Source: Candidatus Binatia bacterium (lineage in GTDB: Bacteria > Desulfobacterota > Binatia > UBA9968 > CAXXLF01). From it: a DNA stretch of 64,000 nucleotides. The stretch is taken from NCBI GenBank assembly GCA_963664015.2, contig CAXXLF010000001.1, forward strand, positions 704,001 through 768,000, in the 5' to 3' direction. The notes below the pieces were generated by a model. That model made no database searches. It had not been told where the DNA came from and worked only from the letters and a program-made list of their open reading frames with translations. Of the stretch, positions 52,780 through 62,337 are shown one piece after another. Positions within the stretch are counted from its first letter, which is position 1, and the number at the start of each line of letters is the position of its first letter. The translations under genes were made by a program, and so were the position numbers.

Positions 52780-53334
52780 TTAACCTAGCCGATCAATAAA
52801 CTGCTCTTTCATGGCCCGGCCGTGGGCGTAGGGTTCCCCCCGCCCGCCGGTCCTGTCCGGTTCGATCTTGAGCACGTAAAAGCGAAGCCCTGGTTCCCGC
52901 AGCGCTGGTTCGACAATCTTGGCAAATTCTTCCAGACTTCGAACCGTACCGGTAATTTTAATCCCGGCCCCTTGAGCCACCCTCTCCAGATCGGCGCCCC
53001 GCGCGGTAGCCGTCGACGCCATACCCCGATAATGCTCGTTGTCAAAGACAATGATCAGTAGATTCGGAGGATCGACATCGGCCACGGTGAACAGGCTGCT
53101 CGGATCCAGCATGAAGCTGCCATCGGAGTCTAAGGCGATGACCTTTCGCTCCGGCCGAGCCATACTCAGCCCCAAAGCCATGGGAATGCAAAGACCCATG
53201 TTGCAGCCGATAAAATTAGCCCCCTGGGAGCGCAACGTGTTCCAAATACCAGCGTTTGCGGAAAGGCTGGTTACGGTGATCACCTGCTCCTCTGCCAAGG
53301 AGGCTAATCGGTCAAGACAGTCATAGCGTTTCAT
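52780..53334 (-). CDS. ThDP-binding subunit (sulfopyruvate decarboxylase beta, ComE-like)
   Basis: NMG...ALG, DSDGSFML...FDNE ThDP motif. Confidence 0.82.
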   Translation of the reverse strand: MKRYDCLDRLASLAEEQVITVTSLSANAGIWNTLRSQGANFIGCNMGLCIPMALGLSMARPERKVIALDSDGSFMLDPSSLFTVADVDPPNLLIIVFDNEHYRGMASTATARGADLERVAQGAGIKITGTVRSLEEFAKIVEPALREPGLRFYVLKIEPDRTGGRGEPYAHGRAMKEQFIDRLG

Positions 53335-53357
53335 GAAGTACCTCTTTACGAAAAAGA

Positions 53358-54791
53358 TTACTGAGCAATACCTGCCAGCTCCTTTGCCAAACGAACTTGG
53401 GAACTCAGGTCATAGGAGTTCATTAACCTCATCTTGTTTTGTGCCAAGTTTCCCGAGTTGTACATTTCGAAGAGCAGCTGACGGGATCCAAAGGAATCGC
53501 AGGCATATTCCCAGGCCAGATGAAGCATCCGGAAACGATCGGGCGCTCGCTCATCGTTGCCCATAAAGTAACGACGAAGGTGAGGACCGATCTCGGGATT
53601 GGCTAGATCATCACGACTGGGAGAGGTGAGAAGACCGGAGCTACAGAACTCCCGCACGACTTGAAGTATTTGCGGGTGGCGCTCTACTGAAGAGATATGC
53701 GCCACCAACAACTGGTGGGATCCGGGCGCTGATAAACCGGAGCGTGACGGGATAGGATTGGTCTCTGCGGCCTGGATAAGGGCCCGGAGGGTTTCCGAGT
53801 AAACTACGAGCTCAGAGAGGGCGGTCTGAACCTGAGGTTGATTTTCAGTACCTAGATAATCCGCCATCGCCTTGCAGATCCCAGCCAACACCTCCGCCTT
53901 GACGGCCTTGCGGACCTGGGTATAGTAAAAGGTCCAGGTGATGGTCCACAGAAACAACTGGGTCAGAAACGGAATGTTGTCAGGCGTCACAGGTTTCAGG
54001 TAGAAAATTCGCTCCTTGGGAATAAACACGTCGTCGAATAGAACCAATGCATCCATCTCATCCCAAGATGCAGATAGAGGATGGTCCATTGGATCTGTCG
54101 GTGCCAAAGGTTGCCGGCAAACGATTCGAACTCCCTTGGCATTCATCGGAACAGCAAAATAGACGACCTCATCGATCCCGTGACCCGGCCGGGCAACCAA
54201 TCCTAAGAACTCGTCGGCGTAAGGCGCCGAAGTCGCCACGGGTTTGCAGCCCCTGATAACCATGCCCTTGGGCCCTCGTTCGGCCACCTTTAAGAACTCG
54301 AAATCCTTTGAGGGCTTCTTTTGATCCCGTTGGGGATCCCCGAATGCGACGGTCAAGCACAGGTCATTCTCACGGCAGTACTCGAAGTATTGGAGAATGT
54401 TGTCGGCGAAGGCTGGATCCTCCTGGCCCAGAATCTCCCTGATGTCGTAGAGTGCAACAAGCATCGTTGCCATGTATTGGGGAAGACGGGCAGCGGTTCC
54501 ACCGCTCCGCCGTTCCAAGAACTCGATCATTTTCCGTCCTCGGATAAGATCCTCGCTCGAATGGGGCAAAAGGTAACCCAAGCTGACTAATTGCCCTGAA
54601 CTAGGCGACTCCATGGTCAACAGGTCCTGGTAAGCAGGGTCGTGCTGGAGGTCGTATATTTCAGCTAGCGAACGAGCGCAGCCGGCCAGTGCCGGATGGG
54701 TCGTAACATCATCTACCTTCTCGCCTCGCAGCCAAACCTGCCGGCCATCCCTGAGGCCCTGCAAAAACTGATCACCCCGTCTTATCGCCAT
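53358..54791 (-). CDS. 4-hydroxyphenylacetate 3-hydroxylase (HpaB)-family flavin-dependent protein
   Basis: LRDGRQVWLRGEKV.DVT.HPA, IRGCK.VAT, DEMDA..FDDVFIP.ERIF, FGSRQLLFE. Confidence 0.88.
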   Translation of the reverse strand: MAIRRGDQFLQGLRDGRQVWLRGEKVDDVTTHPALAGCARSLAEIYDLQHDPAYQDLLTMESPSSGQLVSLGYLLPHSSEDLIRGRKMIEFLERRSGGTAARLPQYMATMLVALYDIREILGQEDPAFADNILQYFEYCRENDLCLTVAFGDPQRDQKKPSKDFEFLKVAERGPKGMVIRGCKPVATSAPYADEFLGLVARPGHGIDEVVYFAVPMNAKGVRIVCRQPLAPTDPMDHPLSASWDEMDALVLFDDVFIPKERIFYLKPVTPDNIPFLTQLFLWTITWTFYYTQVRKAVKAEVLAGICKAMADYLGTENQPQVQTALSELVVYSETLRALIQAAETNPIPSRSGLSAPGSHQLLVAHISSVERHPQILQVVREFCSSGLLTSPSRDDLANPEIGPHLRRYFMGNDERAPDRFRMLHLAWEYACDSFGSRQLLFEMYNSGNLAQNKMRLMNSYDLSSQVRLAKELAGIAQ

Positions 54792-55079
54792 TAATTCAGC
54801 TCCTTAAACAGTCTAAGATTTCATTTTGTCGGGTACAAAAACAACGGCTCACTGTGTACCGCCGCCGCATGAAAGAGTCAAGGGGCTGATATCGCGAGTC
54901 CTTTTCCTAAATTCCTCTTTCCATTACATACTGTCCTATTGTCGGATCCTCAGGGAGCCAATGCATGAACAGTTCAATATCCCATAGGTCGCTCCAGGGA
55001 TTTGACAATGGATCGAGTTCGGAGTTATGAAAGCCTGATTACAACAACTGCCAAATTTCTGAAGTGAAGGGAGAATATA

Positions 55080-56060
55080 ATGGAAGCTGAGCAAAAAAAA
55101 CGGCCCTTTGCGATACCGGTCACCACCCGGTCCCTCGTCGTCCTTGAAGTCGCCTCGGAACTGGTTGGACGAAAACGGAACCAGTGGCCCTATCCGCAAG
55201 CCAAAGTGAGCCTGCGCAATCAAGGCGACGAGGAATGGAAACTATGCTTTTTCGGCAGCGATACCCCCGGCGCCATTGACGACGTGGCCAGTGGTAAGGT
55301 CGATGTGGCCATCATCAACCCAGCAGAGCCACTCAACCTAGCCGTACGCGGAACCGGCCCTTACAAAGAGCCCATACCACTCAGGATTATCGGAGTGATC
55401 CCCTCGTTCGATCAACTCGGTTTTGCCGTGACCGAGAAAACCGGTTTAACTTCACTGGCACAGATCCGAGAGCGCCGTTTCCCTCTCAAGGTCTCCTTAA
55501 GGGGTCAGAAGGATCATTCGCTGCACTTTATGGTGAAGCACGTGCTCGCAGCCTATGACTTTACTCTGGATGATATCGTCTCGTGGGGAGGAGAGGTTCG
55601 CTACGATCCGGGTCTGCCCGATGAGGGATCCGGCCGTCTCGGTGCCGTCGCCCGTGGAGAGATCAACGCCATCTTCGACGAGGCAATCAACGTCTGGCTC
55701 AACCAAGGATTGGACCTGGGCATGCGCTTTCTAGAACTGGAAGAGCCATATCTCCAGAAGTTGGAAAAGATGGGCTACCACCGTGCCCCCATCACCAAGA
55801 AAGAGTTTCCCAGGATAGACCGTGACATCCCGACGATCGATTTCAGCGGGTGGCCCATCTTTACCCACGCCCGCGTATCCGATGATGTCATTACTTCATT
55901 CTGTTCGGCCCTCGAGGCCCGAAAGGACCGGATCCCGTGGCAGGGAGAAGGCCCTTTACCCACAGAGCGTATGTGCAAGGACAGTGCCGACTCACCTTTA
56001 GATATCCCGCTCCATCCAGCGGCGGAACGCTTCTGGCGGGAGCGCGGCTACCTACCGTGA
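55080..56060 (+). CDS. TAXI/NMT1-like substrate-binding-fold protein lacking a signal peptide
   Basis: C-terminal IPLHPAAERFWRERGYL, GITS-like GLTSL; no signal peptide. Confidence 0.7.
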   Translation: MEAEQKKRPFAIPVTTRSLVVLEVASELVGRKRNQWPYPQAKVSLRNQGDEEWKLCFFGSDTPGAIDDVASGKVDVAIINPAEPLNLAVRGTGPYKEPIPLRIIGVIPSFDQLGFAVTEKTGLTSLAQIRERRFPLKVSLRGQKDHSLHFMVKHVLAAYDFTLDDIVSWGGEVRYDPGLPDEGSGRLGAVARGEINAIFDEAINVWLNQGLDLGMRFLELEEPYLQKLEKMGYHRAPITKKEFPRIDRDIPTIDFSGWPIFTHARVSDDVITSFCSALEARKDRIPWQGEGPLPTERMCKDSADSPLDIPLHPAAERFWRERGYLP

Positions 56061-56086
56061 GGACATCCGCGACGAAGCTTAGCGCC

Positions 56087-56857
56087 ATGGATTGGACCAA
56101 GGAAAAAAGAGAACTGATCCAGTCGCTCGAGAAAGCTACGGGAAACTTTTAGGCCGGTGAAGCAGAGGTCGTCCGGATCTATTTCAGCGAAGCCCGCACA
56201 CGCGAGCAAGACGTTGTCTGGCTAAGGCACCAGACGTGAAAAGACATCAAACAAATCCCAATCATCGCTCATAACATCATCGAAGCGACAAAAGAAGTAG
56301 GATACGAAGTTACTTACGGGGAGTACCTCGAAATCACCCAGAAATCTCACGACGAGGCAACCCACTATGTGTGGATGGCCCAGTGCCTACAGGAACTTGT
56401 TAGTAAGCCCATCGGCCTTGAAGAATCCATGGGCCCGTTACCCGAGCAGGTCAAGCTCGGCGATATGAGACGGGCCTTCGCCGCAAAGAACCGGCATCCG
56501 GCCGTCGAGACGGCATCCAGCGCCTGGCCCGAGGGCGGCGGCAGCTCCATAACCTTCAAGGCGCTGAGCAAGATCACGGGCGGCAGGTTAGAATCCAAGA
56601 TCGCCGCGGCGGCGAAGAAGATCTATGAAAATGAGGTCGGCCATGGGGTCCAAGCCGCACAAGCCATTATCAGGGCTATGAAAAGGTTCGGCCTGGACAA
56701 AGAGACCAGAACGATTATGCTCGATGCTGCCCGTAGCGTCTGTAGACAGAGGCTCAGGATGCGAAATGAGATGTTCGGCTTCCCGCTCACTGAGGAAAGA
56801 CTCGCTGAGATCGAAGAAGGAAAGAACGTCACACCAGTCCGCCTGCAAGACCTGTGA
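56087..56857 (+). pseudogene. Ferritin-like (diiron four-helix) protein with two in-frame stops
   Basis: One frame from ATG 56087 with TAG 56150-56152 and TGA 56237-56239; DEATHY and NEVGHG ExxH motifs, RLRMRNEMFG. Confidence 0.7.
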
Positions 56858-56962
56858 CGGCAAGGAAGACAGGAAAGAAAGGATCCCCCCTACCCCTTCA
56901 CACGAAACTCATATCCCAATTCGCAATAAGACCTCCGGCGCCTAACAGGACCGTCAGCCCTG

Positions 56963-58081
56963 TTACTCCATTGCATGGAGCTTGGGAATGACCTCCTTCC
57001 CAATCATACGGACGTTGTTAAGGACCAACTCTTGTGGCATGGCTCCCATGCGGACAATAGCCATAAAGGTCCCGAACCCACCCAACTCATCATACTGGGA
57101 TTTGAGATCGCTGAGGACTCGATCCGGCGTACCCACCAGTAGAAATCCGTCGTCACGCATCTTTTCCATGGAGGTCGTGTCGAAGGGGTACGGCGTTTTT
57201 ACCTGATCCCGGGAAATTTCGGGATTCTGCTTCAGTAATTGTTCGATCGCCCCATTGTTGATCTTTCCCAAAAGGCTGTGGAAGTAATACTCAAAGTGAC
57301 GCTTGCAGAGCTTCTCAGCTTCCTTTTGGCTTTCCGCTACAAAAACATGGCGTGCAAGTAGGACATCTTTATTTGTAATCGAGCGTCCAGCCTCTGCGCA
57401 CGCCTCACGGAAGATGTCTAGCTGCTTTTTGATGGCGGATGTGGGCTGAAAGGTCACGCAAAGGGTCACCCCAGGCCTCCGAGCCACGTTCCTGGTGGGA
57501 TCCGGACCAATGGCGCCGACCCATACGGGAGGGTGAGGTTTCTGATAAGGTCGTGGCCACATATCGACGTCCTGGTAATTGTAGTATTTACCATGGTGAG
57601 TGAACAAATCGCTGGTCCAGGCGTTTATAATTACATCAAGGGCCTCTTCAAATCGGGGTCGCCCTTCTTTGACCGGAATACAATAGGGAAGGTACTCCCG
57701 AGGAATACCCCGGACAAAACCGCCGATAATACGGCCCCGGGTCAGGTTGTCCAACATCGCCAACTCCTCGGCAACGCGTAAAGGTTGGCCATGAAGCGGA
57801 AGAAGATTCCCCGTCATGGCGAGCTTGATGTGTTTGGTCTTCGCAGCAATGTAGGCACAAAATAGATTGGGCGAATTATCCAAACTGTAAGGGCTCCCAT
57901 GGTGCTCGTTGAGACAGACCCCGTCGAAGCCTACCTCTTCCATGAGTTGGAACTGCTCTACGTGGTTCTCGTAAGTTAGGGCCGCCACTTCACGCTCATA
58001 GTGCTGGATCCCCACAGGGTAACCCAGGCGTCCGGTAAGGTCTTTGACGTAGGGTACAAAATCAAAGCTGAATACTTCCAT
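56963..58081 (-). CDS. LLM-class (luciferase-like) flavin-dependent oxidoreductase
   Basis: GFDG..LNEHH, RVAEELAMLD, GFVRG, WPRPYQKPHPP, VGTPD. Confidence 0.93.
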   Translation of the reverse strand: MEVFSFDFVPYVKDLTGRLGYPVGIQHYEREVAALTYENHVEQFQLMEEVGFDGVCLNEHHGSPYSLDNSPNLFCAYIAAKTKHIKLAMTGNLLPLHGQPLRVAEELAMLDNLTRGRIIGGFVRGIPREYLPYCIPVKEGRPRFEEALDVIINAWTSDLFTHHGKYYNYQDVDMWPRPYQKPHPPVWVGAIGPDPTRNVARRPGVTLCVTFQPTSAIKKQLDIFREACAEAGRSITNKDVLLARHVFVAESQKEAEKLCKRHFEYYFHSLLGKINNGAIEQLLKQNPEISRDQVKTPYPFDTTSMEKMRDDGFLLVGTPDRVLSDLKSQYDELGGFGTFMAIVRMGAMPQELVLNNVRMIGKEVIPKLHAME

Positions 58082-58190
58082 GTTATTTCTCCCTCCTGTA
58101 ATGTTCGCTTAATTTTCTGTAGTTCGTTAACTCTTCTTGGGCGCCCAATGCCGTTATGCACTTAAAACTCATTCGCCCCACATCCTAACT

Positions 58191-58856
58191 TCATTCTGTC
58201 TCCGCTTTGGTTTTCATGGACAGACTCTTTATCGCCGAAAGAGAAAACTGGGTGACATGTCGTGCAAGTCTCTCGATATCGGCGGCGCCAAAATTCTGTG
58301 CCGGATATAAACGGCTGATAACGGCCCGCGAATGGTGGTAGAAACCACACTGGCTAACAACGCTCAACATACACAGCCGGACTATTTCATCGTTGGTTTC
58401 TAAACCGAGCAATTCCACAATAATGGACTCGAGCTCCTGGCTAAGTGGACGGATAGCCTCGTCCACAATAACATCGAGGGCGGGGGTCGGTTCGATCAAC
58501 TCCCTTGCCGCCAATTTTATGTGCCAGTTGGGACGTCCCTCACTCAGGAGACGATGCAATAATGACCGGATAAAAGCGTGAAGCCTGTCTTCCGCATTGG
58601 CTCCTGGTTGAAGCCCGAGACTAGGGGGATAGATATCGGTTGCATTCGTATGCAAGTAGCGCAGTACCGCCAGGTAGAGACCATCCTTATCGCCAAAGTA
58701 ATAATTGACGGATGCCAAGTTGGCCTTTGCCTTTTCACAAATCTGCCGAACGGTAGCAGCACGGTAACCGTATTCGGCAAAGACCTCGCCAGCCGCCTCC
58801 AAGAGGCGCTGCTCTGTCCCCGAACTCGAAGCTTCCGTTCCCGTTTTCATAGTCAT
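58191..58856 (-). CDS. TetR-family regulator (CecR/YbiH-like, CerR C-terminal domain)
   Basis: LLEAAGEVFAEYGY..TVRQIC.KAKAN..VNYYFGDKDGLY, RELIEPT, FSLSAI. Confidence 0.9.
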   Translation of the reverse strand: MTMKTGTEASSSGTEQRLLEAAGEVFAEYGYRAATVRQICEKAKANLASVNYYFGDKDGLYLAVLRYLHTNATDIYPPSLGLQPGANAEDRLHAFIRSLLHRLLSEGRPNWHIKLAARELIEPTPALDVIVDEAIRPLSQELESIIVELLGLETNDEIVRLCMLSVVSQCGFYHHSRAVISRLYPAQNFGAADIERLARHVTQFSLSAIKSLSMKTKAETE

Positions 58857-58897
58857 ACGTTTAAAACACTTGTATTAAACTCACGTATGATTGTCAA
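58853..58897 (-). promoter_or_regulatory. Putative TetR autoregulatory operator overlapping a promoter
   Basis: Palindromes gtttaaaaca-ct-tgtattaaac and tcatacgt...acgtatga; TTGACA-17 nt-TACAAG on the minus strand. Confidence 0.6.
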
Positions 58898-59132
58898 GCT
58901 GATTTTATTCTCCAAAAAGCAGCCCCGCAAGTTACTAATTTATAATGGGTTTATTAGATGACGCGAATGTAAGAATTTGATTTAAAATGCAGAGGAGGAC
59001 TTCTAGAGCCCCATTCCAGGATTCGAATTCCCCCTCTGCCTGTAACCTCTCTGCCGGTTCAAAATCCCAGCAGAGCCGAAGATTATTTTAGACTTCGATC
59101 CAACAGGAGATCCAGCTGCTTCTTTGCATTCG

Positions 59133-60212
59133 TTAGCGACCAAACACCTTCTGCAGCTTGACTTTGAGTTCGGCCTTTACCTTCATCGCCTCGAGGGTAT
59201 AGGTCTTAATCGCACCGGGCTTGGGGACGCGCCACGGTGAATGCTCCGTCGGAACGTCCCGTCGCGCGCTAATATAGCCCATCTTACGTGAGAACAGGGT
59301 CTGGCCCTCTTTGGATAGGAGCCAGTTGATAAAGACCTTGGCTGCATTGGGGTGGGGTGCATTGTTGTACAGTGCTAGGGCTCCGTTGGAAGGGTTCACG
59401 TCCGCGCCCTCCCGGAGTTGAGCAGGTTTCACAATGGCTATAGGCAACCCCTTTTTCATCAGGACCTCGGCGGGCAACTCCCAGCCACCGAGGAGGATCG
59501 GAAATTTGCCTTGAGCCACCAGATCGACTTCCTGGCGGTAGTTCTTGAGCAGAACAGGCTTCTGGCGCGCGAAGGCCCGGATAAAGTCCATGCCCAATTC
59601 AGGATGTAAATAAAAGAACACAAAGGTCGCATTGCCCGGGCCAGATTTCCGAGGATCGTCGACGAGGATCTTGCCCTTCCACTTTGGGTCCAGGAGGGAC
59701 TTGTAAGACGTGAACTCCTCGGGGTCGGCCATGTTAGTGTTGACAAAGATAGTGCCTCGGTAAGAAAGCGTCATTACCATCAGCCGATGGCCATCATCGA
59801 CGAACTCCATGCTCCCCCCACGCCAGTGCTTGGGGTCTATGACCTCCGGCAGAATAAGCGCAGGCTCCAATGGCTCGAAGGCCCCCGCGGGCACCATAGT
59901 CGTCAGACCCGTAGTCGTGCCCTGGATGTAAACATCCCATAAGAACCTGCGTGCCCTGCGCTCAGTTAGCACGCGGGGCGCGGTTGTCCTCCCGGAACCA
60001 CCGACGAAATCGACAGCAATCCCGTACTTCTTCGTGAACGGCCTGATCAGCGCCTCGCGCGCCTCGGGCCCGCCGGGGCCGGTGATCGCCACCCTCCCTT
60101 CCTGCTTGGCCGCTGCCAGGACGCGTTCCCACTCCTCCTGCCAAGCCGCCTCTACGTTACCCAGGAACAGTATCGCTACAAAGACAATGACTGAGAAGAA
60201 TATCTGTCTCAT
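59133..60212 (-). CDS. Extracellular solute-binding protein, third paralog
   Basis: Signal peptide, AAKQEG, PKWKGKI, APHPNAAKVFINWLLSKEGQ. Confidence 0.88.
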   Translation of the reverse strand: MRQIFFSVIVFVAILFLGNVEAAWQEEWERVLAAAKQEGRVAITGPGGPEAREALIRPFTKKYGIAVDFVGGSGRTTAPRVLTERRARRFLWDVYIQGTTTGLTTMVPAGAFEPLEPALILPEVIDPKHWRGGSMEFVDDGHRLMVMTLSYRGTIFVNTNMADPEEFTSYKSLLDPKWKGKILVDDPRKSGPGNATFVFFYLHPELGMDFIRAFARQKPVLLKNYRQEVDLVAQGKFPILLGGWELPAEVLMKKGLPIAIVKPAQLREGADVNPSNGALALYNNAPHPNAAKVFINWLLSKEGQTLFSRKMGYISARRDVPTEHSPWRVPKPGAIKTYTLEAMKVKAELKVKLQKVFGR

Positions 60213-60421
60213 GGTAAATCCTCCATTTTTTGAGATCGTAAGCGTTCCTACCGATCTCAGGGCATGTAATTATGTTCAGCAGGGTTGATATATCATATCG
60301 GCTGGACCTGTCAACCAAATATCCGTTAAATGCAGACGTCCATCAAAGCGCTTAGAAGTGAGATCAAAAGCACCAAGGTGAGGCCCAACCAGTGCTCACT
60401 AAACAATATAAGGGGACAAGG

Positions 60422-60441
60422 GGGCGACCTTCGGGTCGCCC
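60422..60441 (-). terminator. GC-rich hairpin, probable terminator downstream of the cupin gene
   Basis: gggcgacc-ttcg-ggtcgccc, perfect 8-bp stem; weak U tract. Confidence 0.5.
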
Positions 60442-60510
60442 AAGTAACTCGAAAAGATTAACGGAAGTTATCCTGATGAAAAGAGCCTAAGGCAAAGGCC
60501 ACAGGCCCCC

Positions 60511-61650
60511 CTAGGGAACGACCATTTTCGGCACGAACCTTTCCTGACTGTACTGAATCGCCGGCATTCCCAGCGGAATTCCCTCTTTGGCAAGTTCCCT
60601 CTCGTATATGGCACGGACCTCTCTTGGTTCATCCTCGTGCTCCATGATATGCCCCCCATCTCGCTCGGAAACAGTAGCGAGCCATAAGGTTCCCACACCT
60701 CGCAAGCCGCTGCGTAGCGCCAAATGCCGAGCCGGCTCTTTGCTGGTGGTAAAGTGGGAATGGTACCAACCTTCCGGAGGGACCAAGAGACTGCCCTTCC
60801 GCCAGTCAAATTTAACGAACTCTCCCCCCGGCGGCCACATGAGGCTATATCCCTTTCCGCTTAGAACGACCACTTGAGCCCCCGGGCCATGTCGGTGGGG
60901 TTTCCTATAGGTTCCGCTCTCAATTTGCATGATATGGCCGATCATCGCCGTATTGTTTGAACCGCTAATTCCAAGCCGGCTGAATCCGGCACCACGGGTT
61001 GGATATTTGGTGAGCTGCACTGCATTCGCATCCGGGATAAAATTCACGGAGGTGTCTTCCAATTCGCCCTTCTTCATTTCAGCGCTGAAATAATCGCTCT
61101 CACCGGAAAAACGATCGGCAAATTCATAGGGCGCATTGAAGATAAAATCCGCCGAGCCGATGATATTGAAGATTAACGGTGCGTTATTGGCCGCCACAAA
61201 GCGTACGGGTTCGCTTGACGAACCGTTGAAGTGCTGGAATCTGGTATTCAACGGTGGTGAGAAGATGCTTCCCGGCTGCCATTCCACGGTCGTTGCCTTC
61301 CCGGTCCTTTCAGACCAGATTTGGGTCGCCCCGTGCCCCTCCAGGATGAGGATCAACTCCTCATAAAAATGACGCATTGGCTTTAGACTCTGACCCGGCG
61401 GTATCTCCGCGACCAGCGAACCGAGATATCCCTGGGTCCCCTCAAGGTGACAGTAGGCAGCGGGGCCTCCAAGCCGGTCCCATGGTTGGAGCGGCGCGGT
61501 TCGCAGGTCTTCAACCCCGTAGCCGGTGATCACTGAAAGCCCGTCGGCTTCGCAAAACCTCAAAAATCGAGATTTGACCAGGAACCTGCTCTTTGCCTCT
61601 TCCTCCAACTCGGCCATTGATCTATCGCTAGTCTTTGAAGCAACCGCCAT
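60511..61650 (-). CDS. Bicupin protein (gentisate 1,2-dioxygenase-like)
   Basis: EIPPG...RHFYEE..LEG.G, FQHFNGS; second domain PHRHGPGA...WYHSHF; start ATG 61650 after AGGAGG. Confidence 0.8.
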   Translation of the reverse strand: MAVASKTSDRSMAELEEEAKSRFLVKSRFLRFCEADGLSVITGYGVEDLRTAPLQPWDRLGGPAAYCHLEGTQGYLGSLVAEIPPGQSLKPMRHFYEELILILEGHGATQIWSERTGKATTVEWQPGSIFSPPLNTRFQHFNGSSSEPVRFVAANNAPLIFNIIGSADFIFNAPYEFADRFSGESDYFSAEMKKGELEDTSVNFIPDANAVQLTKYPTRGAGFSRLGISGSNNTAMIGHIMQIESGTYRKPHRHGPGAQVVVLSGKGYSLMWPPGGEFVKFDWRKGSLLVPPEGWYHSHFTTSKEPARHLALRSGLRGVGTLWLATVSERDGGHIMEHEDEPREVRAIYERELAKEGIPLGMPAIQYSQERFVPKMVVP

Positions 61651-61737
61651 TGATCTATCCTCCTTCTTTGGGCAAAACACTTTTAGCAGGCAACATTAAA
61701 AACCCCGATTCCTTACATGGAAAGAACCCGACTCCAT

Positions 61738-62337
61738 TCAGGAGGAGGCCCCGGTTTTTCTACCCCAATAATCGGGGTGCTTCATCACGGCCTCCACAAA
61801 CAACTCCTTCATGGACCGGCCGGAAGTGCGGCGGGGATCCCTCTTGAGACGCACGGTTTCCGCTTTGACTTTGACCACGAAGAAGTGCGGCCCGAGCTCC
61901 TTTACCGCCGGCTTAACTACCCGGATGAAATCCTCCAGCGTCCGGATTGTTGCAGTCTTTTTGATCCCTGCGCCCTGGGCCATCTTTTCCAGGTCCGTGT
62001 TGCGGGAAGTCGCGGTGGGACCCATGCGGGCGTAGGACTCGTTGTCGAAGATCAGGATCATCAAGTTGGTTGGATTGGCCTCCGCCATGGTGATCAGCGC
62101 GCTGGCATCGACCATGAAGCTCCCGTCCGAGTCCAGGCCTACCACCTTGCGCTTGGGAAAAGCGAAGCTAAGCCCCACGGAGAAGCCCACTGTCAATCCC
62201 AAGTTCCAGGCGTAAAAGTTGACCCCTTCCTCTCTCAGGGAGGCCCACACGGCTGTGTTGGAAGACAGGCTGGTCACCACGGGATCATTCACATCGATCC
62301 AAGTTACGAATTCTTTCAAACAGTCCAGCCGATTCAC
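61738..62337 (-). CDS. ThDP-binding beta subunit (ComE-like decarboxylase)
   Basis: DSDGSFMV...FDNESY; overlaps the stop of the alpha subunit. Confidence 0.82.
   Translation of the reverse strand: MNRLDCLKEFVTWIDVNDPVVTSLSSNTAVWASLREEGVNFYAWNLGLTVGFSVGLSFAFPKRKVVGLDSDGSFMVDASALITMAEANPTNLMILIFDNESYARMGPTATSRNTDLEKMAQGAGIKKTATIRTLEDFIRVVKPAVKELGPHFFVVKVKAETVRLKRDPRRTSGRSMKELFVEAVMKHPDYWGRKTGASS

Noticed and set aside
14105-56239. Genome-wide stop-codon reassignment (UAG or UGA read as sense, or pyrrolysine) to explain the many in-frame stops
   Set aside because: TAG, TGA and TAA all occur internally and appear to replace different residues. Most affected genes have other lesions, and intact genes end in TAG and TGA. 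Only the UGA at 2473 aligns to a catalytic Cys.
59005-59065. ggattcgaattcc and ggttcaaaatcc T-loop-like strings as a tRNA or attachment site
   Set aside because: No cloverleaf or acceptor stem, and no integrase nearby.
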